64,000 nucleotides of DNA, from the NCBI RefSeq assembly GCF_009914755.1, contig NC_060934.1; one strand, written 5' to 3'. Numbering within the stretch: the stretch's first letter is position 1; each line of letters opens with the position of its first letter. Position numbers and translations under genes: made by a program. Of this stretch, positions 30,527 through 45,370 are shown one piece after another. The notes beneath the pieces are model-generated. The model did not search any database. It saw nothing but the letters and a program-made list of their open reading frames with translations, and had not been told where the DNA came from. Source of the DNA: the human T2T-CHM13v2.0 reference genome, Homo sapiens.

Positions 30527-31554
30527 AGATTTTTCTCCCTGTATTATATTTTGGGGGTACACCATTAGATCATTTGGCCTGTTAGTAGATAAAACAAATT
30601 AAAAGATAAAAAGCAAATACATAAAAATAAACAGCAAAGGCAATAATGATGGCTAAAAGGGCTGCCTATTATGCTAAAACTCAAGGAAATTAAGTTAATA
30701 ACAAGCAAAGCCTAAAGTGCAAGTACGTTCTACTAGTATATTACCCAATAACAGGAATTTTGCTTCTACAAAATGCCATCAGTCATCACACCAAATTAAT
30801 GTTGTCATCTGAGTGTTTGGGTTTTGTAGTTATGTTGGGATTAGTGTGTAAAGTTGCTTGGACTCATTTGTTGTATGGGAATACTAAGGGTAAAAAAATG
30901 TGTGAGTGAATTTTTTGTAGGTATATAATAAGATTAGAATAAAAGAGTGATCTTCAACACCAAAGATCCTTGGAAATGTTTCCCTTTAAAAGAGGGTCAT
31001 ACATTCCTTAAGTTGGGGAAATACTGTGTTTTCTTTCAGCTCCATCCTCGGGCCTTTCAGTGAGGACAGGAACCCACGGCCAGACAGGAAGGCCTGTTTG
31101 AAGCCAGGTTGCCTCCCTAGTAAGTTTGTTCTGGAGCCTTCTGGTCTCCTTTTCTTTTAGTTACTTTAAGTGGTTTTAGGAAAAAGTACTCTTTTCATCT
31201 TAATCCTGCTCCTTACACCCAAGCCAGCCCAGAGCCATCTGGAATCCTCAGAACAGACCTATTCTTTGAAGAGAAGAAGGACAAGATGTTTTTGGACCCT
31301 TGCAGGAGGTCTGGATACAGACGGGGCCCTGGGGAGGGTTGATCCCCAGCAGTAACTGCTCAGCTGGAGGCATGAGGGGTCCCTTCTGACCTCCAAGCTT
31401 CAGAGGGGATGGGAAAAGGTAATTTGGCAGCTTTGTGTTCCAAGGCTTCACCCCTAGATTGGTTTAGGCAAGAGTCAGTGAGTCCCTGGGAAGGCACTGG
31501 GCCAGCAGAGCCCAGACATCAAGGCTAGCATTTCAGTCTTAATAATCCAATTTA

Positions 31555-31820
31555 GGCTGGGCGTGGTTGCTCATGCCTGTAATCCCAGCAATTTGGGAGG
31601 CTGAGGCAGATGGATCATCTGAGGCCAGGAGTTCAAGACCAGTATGGCCAACATGGCGAAACCCCGCCTCTACTAAAAATACAAAAATTAGCCGAGCATG
31701 GTGGTGCATGCCTGTAGTCCCAGCTACTTGAGAGGCTTAAGCAGGAGAATCACTTGAACCCAGGAGGCGGAGTTTGCAGTCAGCCAAGATCGTGCCAAAA
31801 GAAAAAAAAAAGAATAAAAA
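31555..31820 (+). mobile_element. AluS lacking the last ~35 nt of the right arm
   Basis: …gccaagatcgtgcc joined directly to the A tail; TSD aatccaattta / aaaccaattta. Confidence 0.88.
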
Positions 31821-32211
31821 ACCAATTTAAACAAAGAAAAACCTTTCATTGAGCTCTTTAAATATCCTAAGAATTGATTATAAATCACAAATTGGAAGCC
31901 AACATAAGCTGTAATGCAAAGCAAGCACTGAACATCTCTCTACCTGATGCCACTTAAGTTATGGTAAATTTAGTCAAGGCTGTGGGTTGGGGTTGTGTGC
32001 CTTATTGCAGGAAGCAGCACACTTCTGAGGGATAAATATTGCATTTGGAACCTATGAGTTGGTAGTTTTTCTCCAAGGATGTTCTTAAAAGCCATTTGCA
32101 ATGAATTTGTCAGTTTCTTTAGATTTGGATGGAATATAACGATTCTGGAACATTACTGGGGCCTCTGAAAATTGTATTTCCTACCTTATATCTTACGTGG
32201 CTAAAGTACAT

Positions 32212-32547
<336 letters not shown>

Positions 32548-33409
32548 TCAAACACTTTGAGGTTTAAAGGCAGGATTTACTACCCTCTGTCCTGACGGCA
32601 GAGGGAGAAGGAGGAGAGGAAGGAACAGAGGCTGTCACCCCTTGATGATTTTCTGGGATCCTACAGTTAGATGGGGGTATGGTCTCCTGCCCTATGAAAA
32701 CCAGATTCTAGGATGCTATTCTAAGAAAAAAAAAATCCCCTGGAATCATATTATCTTCTGAAAACTAGTGCCACATTTTCCTGTTGATACTATACTCATC
32801 AACTTCAGTTCACAGTCAAAATTCAGTTATCCTGTTAATCTTGCTCATTTTGGCAGGCACGAAAATACACATGTTTGTATGGAGCCAAGCAAGTTTTTGA
32901 GATCTTGGGATCCTCTGGAAATATTTTTTCAGTTGTTGAAAAGGAACTTGCAAGAAAGCATATATTTTCAACACTCGTCCCAGGAACAGTGTGTGAAAGT
33001 GACATTAAACTTATTTCTACACTGGGTGACTAGTGACTCCCTGCTGGGTAATCAGGTAGACCTCTGTCATCTCTGCTTCACTGGGGTTTACTGCCAGGGC
33101 GTAGAGAGTCTCATCTCATGGATCGGAAGAATGGGCTGTACACACAGACAGCTCTCACCCTCCTGTTCTGGCGCTGGGCTATTCTTCACGGCCACTCTTT
33201 ACACTGAGAAACACCTCATGAATTTTCAGCCTGGAAGACGATGGGCCCATTTAATGTTCTAACCATATAGAGTGCCTGAATTCCCAAGATCTCCAACTGC
33301 TTTTCACTTACTACCCTGGAAAGAACCCCAGTAGCATCCGTTATGAAGACAAGAACTCCGCAAATCTCCTCCTTGCTGGCTGGGGAGCAGGAGGTCTCAT
33401 AATTCTGTA

Positions 33410-33640
33410 TCTGGCCAGGCATCGTCCTTGGCTGCATGTTGGTTTTGGCATCAGAGGCAGCTGCCTCTAAGCCCTTGTTCTGCCATTTCAAGTTATGTAT
33501 TCTTAGGCAGATCTTTTCATCTTTTTATACTTAGTTTCCTCCTTTGTAAGATGAGAAAGATAGTATCTTGCAGTGTACTTGTGGCGATTAAAGATTATAT
33601 TTACACGCATACCACCAGGCACACCGTAGACACCACACGA
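33410..33640 (+). mobile_element. MIR fragment
   Basis: tctgccattt…ttaggcagatc…ttagtttcctcctttgtaagatgag…gtggcgattaaa. Confidence 0.6.
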
Positions 33641-33759
33641 ATTCTAGCTGTCATATTCCAGGCCTAGGCTAGAATGTTGTCAGAATAAAAGTTTCATATT
33701 CTTCCCACTAATCAAAATACTCTCACCACCACCACTACTGCTATTACTACTTCTACCTA

Positions 33760-33990
33760 CTATGCATTGAGCACTTATTTGTGCTGGGAACTTCACTAGG
33801 TACTTTGCTGCATAAGCTTGGTTTGTTTTATACTTTAAGGACCCCACAAGGTAGGCACTATTTTTAGCCCCACTTGGTCACTGAGATAAATGAGGCATGA
33901 TGAGGTTACATTGCTCAAGGTCACAGAGGAAGTGTCTAACCCTGGCTCTGTCTGACCCAAAGTTACTGATCTGAAAACGATGCTACGCCT
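33760..33990 (-). mobile_element. MIR fragment
   Basis: cattgagcacttatttgtgctgg…ccccacaaggtaggcactatt…ttgctcaaggtcacag…tctgtctgacccaaag. Confidence 0.7.
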
Positions 33991-34249
33991 TTTCTAGAAA
34001 ATGAGCCAAACCTGCACCCCACCCTACAAAGCAGTCCCTGCCCCCCTGACCCTGCCCCAATCCTTAGAACTACCTATCTTCTTTGTATTCATAGCTCTTC
34101 CAAGCAGGAGTCCATCAGCACTGCAGGCTGAGCACAACATACCAGCTTTTGGGTCAGACACCAGCTGCTGAAACAGGCCCTTCAATCTGTTGTACTCCCC
34201 AGAATTGCCTCTGATCCTTGCCTGACAACCATCCCAGGATTTCAGATCA

Positions 34250-34607
<358 letters not shown>

Positions 34608-35357
34608 CAATTGCTACAGGTAATTGATTCTGATGACGATGCTTGCTTGAGAATCCTGGAGAGATCCTCGCTGCCTTGATAGAAGCTGGGGACTTTAGGG
34701 GGACCCTGAACTCCATCTGAACTCTTGGTTATTGACTGCTCTCTACTTCTCTAAAGAGACGGCTGTAAAAAATTGACTTAGAAAGCCACTCGAAAAAGTT
34801 CACACTCTGAACTGCCTGCTAACTCCCATTTCCTACCAAATCAAGATGAACACTTTGCTTGACTTTCACAATGTCTAGCATCTTCACAGTCCCCTGTATT
34901 CCTGTACAACCTGCTCCTTCTCTTTTCTTTGCTATCACGGGGACACCCTGTGTACATTTAGGCCTAGAGTTTTCTTCTAACCTTGGTGTCAAAGTGTTTC
35001 CAATCACCAACGAGCTTTCAAGGGGACAAGAAAGTTCCTTCTCTCCTATTTTCATTGGTCTTCTAACAGCAATAAAATTTCTACACACTTCAAGAGTGTC
35101 CACCTGGAAGGAGAAACATAGTGAAGGATGCAAATGTCCATCAACAAAGTGCATCTGTGTCAGAAAGAACTCAGGTACAAATCTGTCACTGCATCAGGTG
35201 GGAGCTCTAAGGCTCCACTTTGGACAGCGGCCAGGAGAGGATTTCCAAAGAGTTCGAGTTCCTCCCGCCCGGCCTGGACAGAATCAGGCAGGATTATCTG
35301 ACAGGAGGATGCTGCAGTGGTTCCTGAGTGTGTGCACATCTCAAGCCCCAATGCTGG

Positions 35358-35821
35358 TGGGAAAGGAAAATAAATCTTGGGGCGCCCAAATCACTAAGCT
35401 AAAGGGAAAGGTGAAGCTGGGAACTGCTCAGGGCAAACCTGCCTCCCATTGTATTCAAAGTCACCCCTCTGCTCACAGAGATAAATGCTTATTTGATTGC
35501 CTCCTTTGGAGAGGCTAGTCAGAAACTCAAAAGAATGCAACCATTTGTCTCTTATCTACCTTTGACCTGGAAGCCCCTCCCCTGCTTTGAGTTGTCCCGC
35601 CTTTACTTCGAGTTCTCCTGCCCTTTCCAGACTGAACCAATGTTCATCTTACATATGTTGATTGATGTCTCATGTCTCCCTAAAATGTATTAAAGCAAGC
35701 TGTGCCCTGACCACCTTGGGCACATGTCATCAGGACCTGTGTCATGGGCATGCATCCTCAACATTGGCGAAATAAACTTTCTAAATTAACTGAGACCTGT
35801 CTCAGATTTTTGGGGTTCATA
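35358..35821 (+). mobile_element. MER4A1-like ERV1 solo LTR
   Basis: tgggaaaggaaaataaatcttgggg…aaatcactaagctaaaggg…gaaactcaaaagaatgcaaccatttgtctc…aataaactttctaaattaactgagacctgtctcaga…ttcata; 4-bp TSD ctgg. Confidence 0.88.
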
Positions 35822-37089
35822 CTGGCTGCACCCCTTTCCATGGGGTTGCTGCCCCATTCTCTCCTCCATGGGAGCCGAACAAAGTCCAAATCAGGACGTT
35901 GCCACACAAAACAACACAAATGTTGTATTATTCAAATAGGAGAGAGGCTCGGTGCTGTCCTCATTTGGGTTATGCCTGCAGTCCAGAGGAGCAGAGTTTG
36001 GTGCATGGGGAGAACTGAATGTCGAGGGCTTGACAGCCTGTTCGCTTGGCTCCTCTGTCCTGAGATTACATTCAGGATTTTCTCTTTGGCCTGAAGTTAG
36101 GGAGGTAGGTGGAACAAGGGTGACCTTTGGAGTGGAATTTTCATAAAATAAATAAACTGGATGACAGCGTATAAAAGTTACAAACCTCTTTAGAATGCCA
36201 TATGTGAGCAACTTGTAAACAGTCCATAAATATCACCTGCAGGGTGGAAGTCAAGGAGGCTGATGCAGAATTCTGTAGGAACACATTTTCTGCAACACTG
36301 AACCATCTGGTAACGACAATTTATTCTCTGGTTGGCATAGGAGTACAATGATAAAACATGTTACTACTGACTTCTGTCTGGAAAAAGACGATCACGGTCC
36401 ACTGTGTTGTGTGGACATGGGGCCAGTGCGCGTGACTCTCAGCCACTCATATGCCCTGTGGTGGTGTCAGGAGAGGAATTAAAAAATTAAAGGGGTGTTT
36501 TTTGGACATCCCTACTCCACAAGCAGGATTTCAACAGCAAACAACACCAAGAAAAAAAAGTTTTTGGAGAAAAATTGTTCCTTTCATAATAATGCCACTT
36601 TTTGAGCGATTCGTTTTTTAAAAAGTTCACAAACATCTGTGTCATTCTTGGGGAATAAGTGTAGAAAGAACATATGGATAGCAACTTTACCCTTTATAAA
36701 CATTGCTTATTTTCAATATCCCAATAATTAGTTCTAGAATAATGAATTCTGCAAAGGATAACAAGGTCTTTCCTAGGTTCTATTTCACATAGAGAATTTA
36801 TAAAAAGAAAGAAAAAGAGAGCAAGAGACAGAGAGAGAGAGAAAGGAGTTTTGATTTTCCTCCAAATAGACTACTTAGTACAGAGTCTCTGTATAATAAA
36901 AAAAAATTTCCAATTTCTCCAAAGTGAAGAATAATGTAACAACGGAAACGCAACTGAAGGAGATGGGCTAATGGCTTTATTATAACAAACACACATACAA
37001 ACTAGACGCATTTTAATGTCATTATCCCCTACCCCACCCAACACCAACCTTCTAACTGTGCTTTTAATCAAGAATTCCTTCTTATGTTG

Positions 37090-37240
37090 TTACTTCCTGC
37101 CCTTCTGGGTTCCTATGATATGCAGTTTCCATCCTGGTCTCATCCTGTTTGGCCCCTTTGCGTAAAAGCTAAGGATGGCTGGCCCACAGCCTACCAGGGC
37201 TTTCAAAGCCCCAGAAGTCTGTAAACAGGAAAGATTTCCT
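37090..37240. promoter_or_regulatory. Candidate endothelial enhancer core (FOX:ETS composite plus extra ETS sites)
   Basis: TGTAAACAGGAAA at 37220-37232, ATTTCCT at 37234-37240, ACTTCCTG at 37092-37099; motif evidence only. Confidence 0.4.
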
Positions 37241-40099
37241 CTGAGGTTGTGGGCTCCTCCTTGATCAAAAGATGGCTATTGGATAAGAACTTCCCCTAAA
37301 TTGCCAGCCACTCTTATTTTCCAGATGAGATCCTCTGTTGGAGGGTACATTACTAGGTATCTATGGCAGAGGTGACAGGCAATTTGCCAGGACTCCATGA
37401 AGTTGCAGGAGAAGTAAGTTGCAGCTGCTCTGCTGTTAATGAGGAGGTAGGGCTTGGAGAAACACAAAGATTCCTCTGAGCAATGGCCCTGGCAGGGGTC
37501 CCCTCCTGGTTAGCAGCCAGGGAGGGTGAGCGAAGCAAACATCAGTTCAGAATATGAAAGAGGGACAGAAGGACTGCATGAAGAGCCCCAGCAACCTTGA
37601 GGGTCTCAGAGGTTGGAAATAAGAATAATGACTTCCACCAAAAAAGTTTAGTTTTATCCCCATGGTTGGTAAGTGGCCTGTTTTTGAGAAATGGGAGGAT
37701 AGTCAATGACTTCCTAGTTGGAGACATCATTCCATGTAAAAGGACTGCTTAGGTCTGTTTTTAGGGTCAACTTTAGAGTCACAGCTCATAATTTCAAAGT
37801 TGGGTACATCTTTGTCCAAGGCAGCGAATCTTTCCCCCGTGATTTCATTATGAGCTAACCAGTTCAGGCAAAAAGCTGTCCCTCAAGAGTCACTCAAGAA
37901 TTTTGCATTTATTTCTAGTTAATCACACCTGTCTCTGAACCTTGCCATGGAAGAGTGAAGTGAGGGAGAGAACAAAGCTTTTCCTCTACCTTCTTTCTAA
38001 ACTGGGTGAGTAGATCAAAGTGTACCAAAACAAACAAACAAACATTTTCGAAAGACCTTCTTTCCTGAATGCATCTTATCTTGGAACACATCCTTCTTTG
38101 TTAATTACCTGACAAGAAGAAAGGATGCTTTGAATTCTTATCGTAGATTTCTCTGCACCACTCAGAGGGCACTTAATAAATTATCTTCTTCCATTTACTA
38201 TCTCATTATTTGGATAAACTTCATCTTTTGAAATAGATTATAAACTTTTCAATCCCAGGGGATTATAGCGTAGTTCTTCGCCCCTTCCTTCCATACTTTT
38301 TAGGTACGAGCATCGGTAAACAGTTTCGTATTTAAACTCTACTTTATTTCATTTCTAATTGACAATGACCTGGGCCTTACTTCATTGTAATAAGGAAACA
38401 AAATGATGAAGCCAGAACTTGCAGATGGCTGTTCTGTCTGTTTCAGTGTCTCGAAGTCAGAGGTTGGTGGTTAATGATAAGAAAGTAAATGTTAAATGTG
38501 CTTTTGCACATTTAGCAAACAGACTGAGAACCAACTTAGAAAACATTTTATTTACACTTTAGTTATAGCATTCACCTTCTTAAGATATAACATATCTGTT
38601 TGCAAGTCCTGACTCCCCACTTGACCGTGACCCCTTCAAGGACAATAAACAAGTCATTGTCCATCTTTCTATACCCGTGTAGTACTCACTATGATACTGG
38701 CATATGATATACACTGATATAAGCTCCAGTGTTTTCTCTGATTAACATCAAATAATATTGTCATGACAATGAGAAATAAGAAATGTAGGTTCTGATTTTT
38801 TCCCAAATCTTGAGAATCTGTTTTTCCTTCAAGCTATAAATTGGGGATTCAACCAAATCACATGAAGCAGCAAGTATTTCCTGTGTGGCACTTAGCTGTT
38901 CTGGGAAATAACTCAATGTCATTTGGTTAACACACACACCCAGGCCAAATAGTTGAAAATAACGGAAAGACATCATGGTAATTAGGTTAGGAGTTGACCC
39001 AAGACATGTTCTCATTAAAATTCTTTCTATTTCTGGTCTCCATTCCGTCTTCTTTCACTGATTGACTTTTCTTTCTTTGAATGAAATTCCCTCCCCCAGA
39101 TGGACTATTTCACCACAGCAAAAAATTGAGAAAGCTAAGAAGACAATGGGGAGGAAAACCAATACTACCAAAAGGAAACCTCGGAGAGTTTTGCTTTCTG
39201 TGAGTTCTCTGTCAGTCAACCCTGTCCTGTTCTATAAGACCCTTCTCATAGACCCCTCTTTCAAGGGTTTTCAAAAAGGAAAGCCTATTTATTTACTTAT
39301 TACCAATTATGACCTCACTGGTCTTCCCACTCTTTAGCACTAGGGCACCAGAACCCCAGTGTATGATGATGGTCCCCTAGCAGCCATTCCAATGACATTA
39401 TTCAACTCAAACAGAGCTTTGCAATAAGCTGTGTCTTTCCTTATGTTCTCTGGGGGATGAAATGAGAATGACCCCATCTAAACAAAAGACCACATGGTTG
39501 GCATTCAACAGTCGACTCCTCCCCATTTATTTGTGGATCCAATTCAGTCTAGGTCTGAGGCTTTACAGAAATGCATGGCACTCCTCACAGATGGCATCTG
39601 GCCACCCCTTGAAAGCTTCTGGTGGAAGGGGAGCTCGCTGCTTTTCGAGGCAGTCTGTCACACGAGTAGAAATAGCGTAGAAACCCATATGTCTTGAGTC
39701 TGAGCAATGACATTCAAAAAGCAGAAGCATCCATGCAACCAGATTGACTTAAAGTAATGTAAACAGTCCAATCGATTCTTTGAAATTGAAGAATGACTTG
39801 CTGTAGAGCATTGTGCTCCATGATGGTGTGTTCTGCCAGCCTAGGCATGAGCACTTTGTGGTAGTACAATAAACTACTCCACAGCACATGGGGAGGAGAA
39901 TGTGAATCAATGATTTAGTGTGATCTCATTGGTAACTCAGTGCTGAAGATCTGCTATCATATATTTAGGTGAATAACTATTCCAATGTGCTGGATGGCAC
40001 TTTACAAACATATATAATCTACAAAAATGATTTAAAAAATTTTTGTGCACCTTTCAAGTCAAAATAGCTCAAGATATAATGTGGACATCCTAGGAAAAT

Positions 40100-40205
40100 A
40101 ATAATTGATGCATGTTGGAAACCTTTTCATGGTATATTAGGGCTATAATTTCTACCCATTGGTCCCTGTTCTGCCCTTAAGGATGACACAGCATAAGTTA
40201 TAAAC
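40100..40205 (+). mobile_element. Probable L3/CR1 fragment
   Basis: tttctacccattggtccctgttctgccctt…acacagcataagt resembles the CR1/L3 3' region; similar text near 20760-20890. Confidence 0.4.
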
Positions 40206-40513
40206 CCCTGAAGGTCTAGCTGCAAAATGGGTGCATGCACTCCCAAACACCAGATCGTGATTATGCATTACCTGGAAAAGTAAGAAGTAGGGAAAGCAAT
40301 ATGGCTGAAGACAAGTGTGTTCAGTGAGGGGATCGTTGTCTCGGGAATCCTGGGAACCAAGTTCTCACTGTGGACCCACTCACTGGGCAAGTCACTTCCT
40401 GCCTAAACTCCACTTTCTCTACCCATCAACTAGAGAGGTCAGATTCTCCGTTAGCTGCCAAACAGTACATGGGTAAAATTCTATAGGTTTAAAAAATCAT
40501 ATACCATGACTAA

Positions 40514-41047
<534 letters not shown>

Positions 41048-41159
41048 TGACATTGTTTCTCTGGCTTAAATAAAAGAGGCAGGACAATGAGTGTTAAACC
41101 ACTGCCGGACTCTGATGTAGTGTTTACGAAGGCAGCTGCTTTTGCATTCTGCGGGTCAG

Positions 41160-41164
<5 letters not shown>

Positions 41165-41200
<36 letters not shown>
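41165..41200. repeat. (TG)18 microsatellite
   Basis: Uninterrupted TG run followed by cacg. Confidence 0.97.
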
Positions 41201-41201
<1 letters not shown>

Positions 41202-42057
41202 ACGCTCCTGCATCTATGTAAGATCTGAGAATCACTGAAAGCAGCTTCCTTCATCCTCTATTTTGACATAAAGATTCTGAATTCAAAGCACCTTCAGAAG
41301 CAACAAGAGATTAAGACAGGCCAGGCAACGACTTAATATGGTAAAACATATCTTATCCCTGTGGTCAGTTTACAATTTCCTTGACAGATAACTGCTAATT
41401 AAGACATATTATTTCAGAAATTATGGTTGGTTTATTTCCTTTGTTATTTACACTTTTGTTAAAGGTAGTCAATGATGTCTTTTAGCTGCTCAATAAAGGG
41501 TCACCTAAGGAAAAGCAACTGTATGCCTAACATCTGGGAAAAATATTCCCAATGGGGTAGGTTTCATGAGAACAAAGTTATTTCTCAGATGACTCTTTCC
41601 TTGCAGCTTCAAGCTTTGTTTTCCTAGGAATTGTGTAGAAATGCTGGAATTAATGAGTGATAGAGACTTTGATTGAATCAATATTGTGTGAAATTAACTT
41701 GCAAACATGGTTGTGATTACTTTTGTGGGAGTTGGACTGAATTTCTCAAGAAAGTACACAAAGAAAAGACTCAGGGCAGAGCTACAGCTGCCTGACAGAG
41801 GCAAACAGAAGCCTAACTTTATGGACTTTTCCATACTCTGCATATGTTGAAATGACAGGCTGATTCATAGCTTCCTTGCTTAGTTTCCAAATCGCTTTGC
41901 AACAAAAGCAGATTTACTCCCTTCCCAAGACTATAACTAGGATTCATGATCCCATAGGCTCAAATCTTCATAAAGGGAATTTTGCAAAGCATGCCTCCCA
42001 ATTCTTGACAGTCACAATTCAAATATTTTCACAAAACAACAGGACTCTCAATTAAGA

Positions 42058-42279
42058 CAGAGGTCAGCAAACTATGGCCTGTAGATCAAACCTATCTGAC
42101 TGCTTGTTTTTGTAAATAAAGTTTTATTGGAACACAACCATGCTCATTCATTTGCCTATTGTCTATGGCTACTTTCACAGTATGACGGACGAGCTGAACA
42201 GTTGAGATTGAGGCTGTCTTGCATGCAAAGCCTAAAATATTTCCTATCTGGCCGTTTTCAGAAAGTGTGCCAATTCCTG
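42058..42279 (+). mobile_element. MER58A (hAT-Charlie)
   Basis: cagaggtcagcaaactatggcc…tttttgtaaataaagttttattggaacacaaccatgctcattcattt…aaagcctaaaatattt…cctg. Confidence 0.88.
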
Positions 42280-42646
42280 ATTTAAAATATCAATTTGTGC
42301 CATAAAAAAAAATCAATTTCTTTGAAAACATAGATATAGTTTTAAAGTAAACCTCCCCAACCTCCCCTACCTCCATGAATTATCTTCTAAAGCAAATTGG
42401 AGTATATATCAAGAGTCTTAATACTGGTTTTATTCTTTAGTTCAGCAACCACACTTCTAGAAATCTCTTCTAAAGAAATCCCTAAGCATACATCAAGATT
42501 TATGCATACAGATGTTCATTCCATCATAATTTATAATTATTTATAATCTTGAAAAATTGAAAATGTCCTAAATATTCTAGGCCATTTAGATAAAAATTAT
42601 TTTAGAAAGATGTGATTTACCAAATGCTTGTTTTTAAAAATATTTA

Positions 42647-43190
42647 AAGAATTACCATTTGACCCAGTAATCTCATTACTGGGTATATACCCAAAGGAAT
42701 ATAAATCATTCTACCATAAAGACACATGCACACATATGTTCTTTATAGCACTATTAGCAATAGCAAATACATGGAATCAATCTACAAGCCCATCAATGGC
42801 AGACTGAATAAAGAAAATGTGGTGCATGTACACCACGGAATACTACGCAGCCATAAAAAAGAATGAGATCATGTCCTTTTCAGGAACATGGACGCAGCTG
42901 GAGGCCATCATCCTAAATGAACTAGTGCACGAACAGAAAATAAAATAGTGCATGTTCTCATTTATAAGTGGGAGCTAAACATTGAATACATATGGGCGCA
43001 AAGAACAACAGATAGCAGGGTCTACTTGAGGATGGAGGGTGGGAGGAGGGAAAGGATCAAAAAACTACCTATTGTGTACTGTGCTTATTACCCGAGTGAC
43101 AAAATAATCTGTACACTAAACCCTTGTGACATGCAATTTACCAATATAACAAACCTGTACACGTACAGGTTTATATATAAAACAAAAGTT
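42647..43190 (+). mobile_element. L1PA16/L1PB-like 3' end (ORF2 tail plus 3'UTR), nested in older L1M-like sequence
   Basis: ccatttgacccagtaatctcattactgggtatatacccaaaggaatataaatcattctaccataaagacacatgcac…tactacgcagccataaaaaagaatgagatcatgtcc…aaaataatctgtacactaaaccc; (TA)n tail. Confidence 0.88.
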
Positions 43191-43302
43191 TTATATATAT
43201 ACATATATATGTATATAATATATATATTTAAGAGCCTAATATAATGTTTTACATGTAATTTCAAGAGAAAATGGTAGGATAAAAGCTGTCTATAGAAAAT
43301 AA

Positions 43303-43616
<314 letters not shown>

Positions 43617-43741
43617 TAAAAAATGCATATTTCTAAATGCAAAGAAAATAAGCAGAAAGAATATATGCCAAAAATATATATTTTAAAATTCATTTCAGAT
43701 AATTTTGTGCTCAAGAAAAATAAATATACATGCCTTTTTGT

Positions 43742-43813
43742 TTAATTTATGAAAATGTTAGTCCCAAATAAAGTTCTTCTTAATTTATAGAAATGTTAGC
43801 CCCAAATAAAGTT
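43742..43813. repeat. 38-bp tandem duplication (about 1.9 copies)
   Basis: ttaatttat(ga/ag)aaatgttag(t/c)cccaaataaagtt twice. Confidence 0.85.
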
Positions 43814-44534
43814 AGTACCCATTTAAAAATGAGTATTAACCTATTTCCAAAACAGTCCACTTTTTAATGTAATAAAAATTAAATATTTTCTAAAATATTA
43901 TTTTTATGAATCACATTATCTTTTCATAGATGGAGCAGAGATGGCAGTTTTGGGGCACTTGTGCTGCCACTTTTTCCTCTTGCCCACACTGAACACTGCA
44001 ACCTATTAAGCCATTTCTTTCTAAGAAGTTTCTCAAATGTACTACAGATGGCCACTACTAATCAGTCAGAAGTATTAAGTGATATCAAACATATTTGCCC
44101 TCTGTGAGAGGGCTACATAAGTTTTCCAAGTTAATTCCACCCTTCCTCTTAAGACTACATGGTGAAATACATTTTTATCACCGTAGATCTTGATCATCTT
44201 GCTTCGAACGTCTTAGAATGTTCTGCGTGTATTTCTTTCAAATCCAAAGAAATGCGCGGTGTCTCTTCATATGCATTCAATGCTGAATGTCTGTGTTAGG
44301 ATGTACTGCCCCAAGGGCTGGGTGAAGCTGCTGCCTCAAGGGTCCTGGTGAGCCTAGTTACTGTATCGCCCATGTCCACAATTTCCTGTATTTCTTTCTA
44401 GCACCTGACACTGTGAACAATGCTTCCGTTTTTGAATTGCTCACATCAGCAGCTTTCTGTAGCAAGACACTGTTGTAACTGGTACCTCTCTCATAACGCC
44501 TTCCCATTGTCCTTGGAACACCCTCTAACCTTAA

Positions 44535-45370
<836 letters not shown>

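Noticed and set aside
32768-33262. 164-aa ORF
   Set aside because: GTG start, no homology recognised, antisense to the host gene; length is compatible with chance.
42948-43244. 98-aa ORF in L1
   Set aside because: Lies in the 3'UTR of a truncated L1; no intact ORF2.
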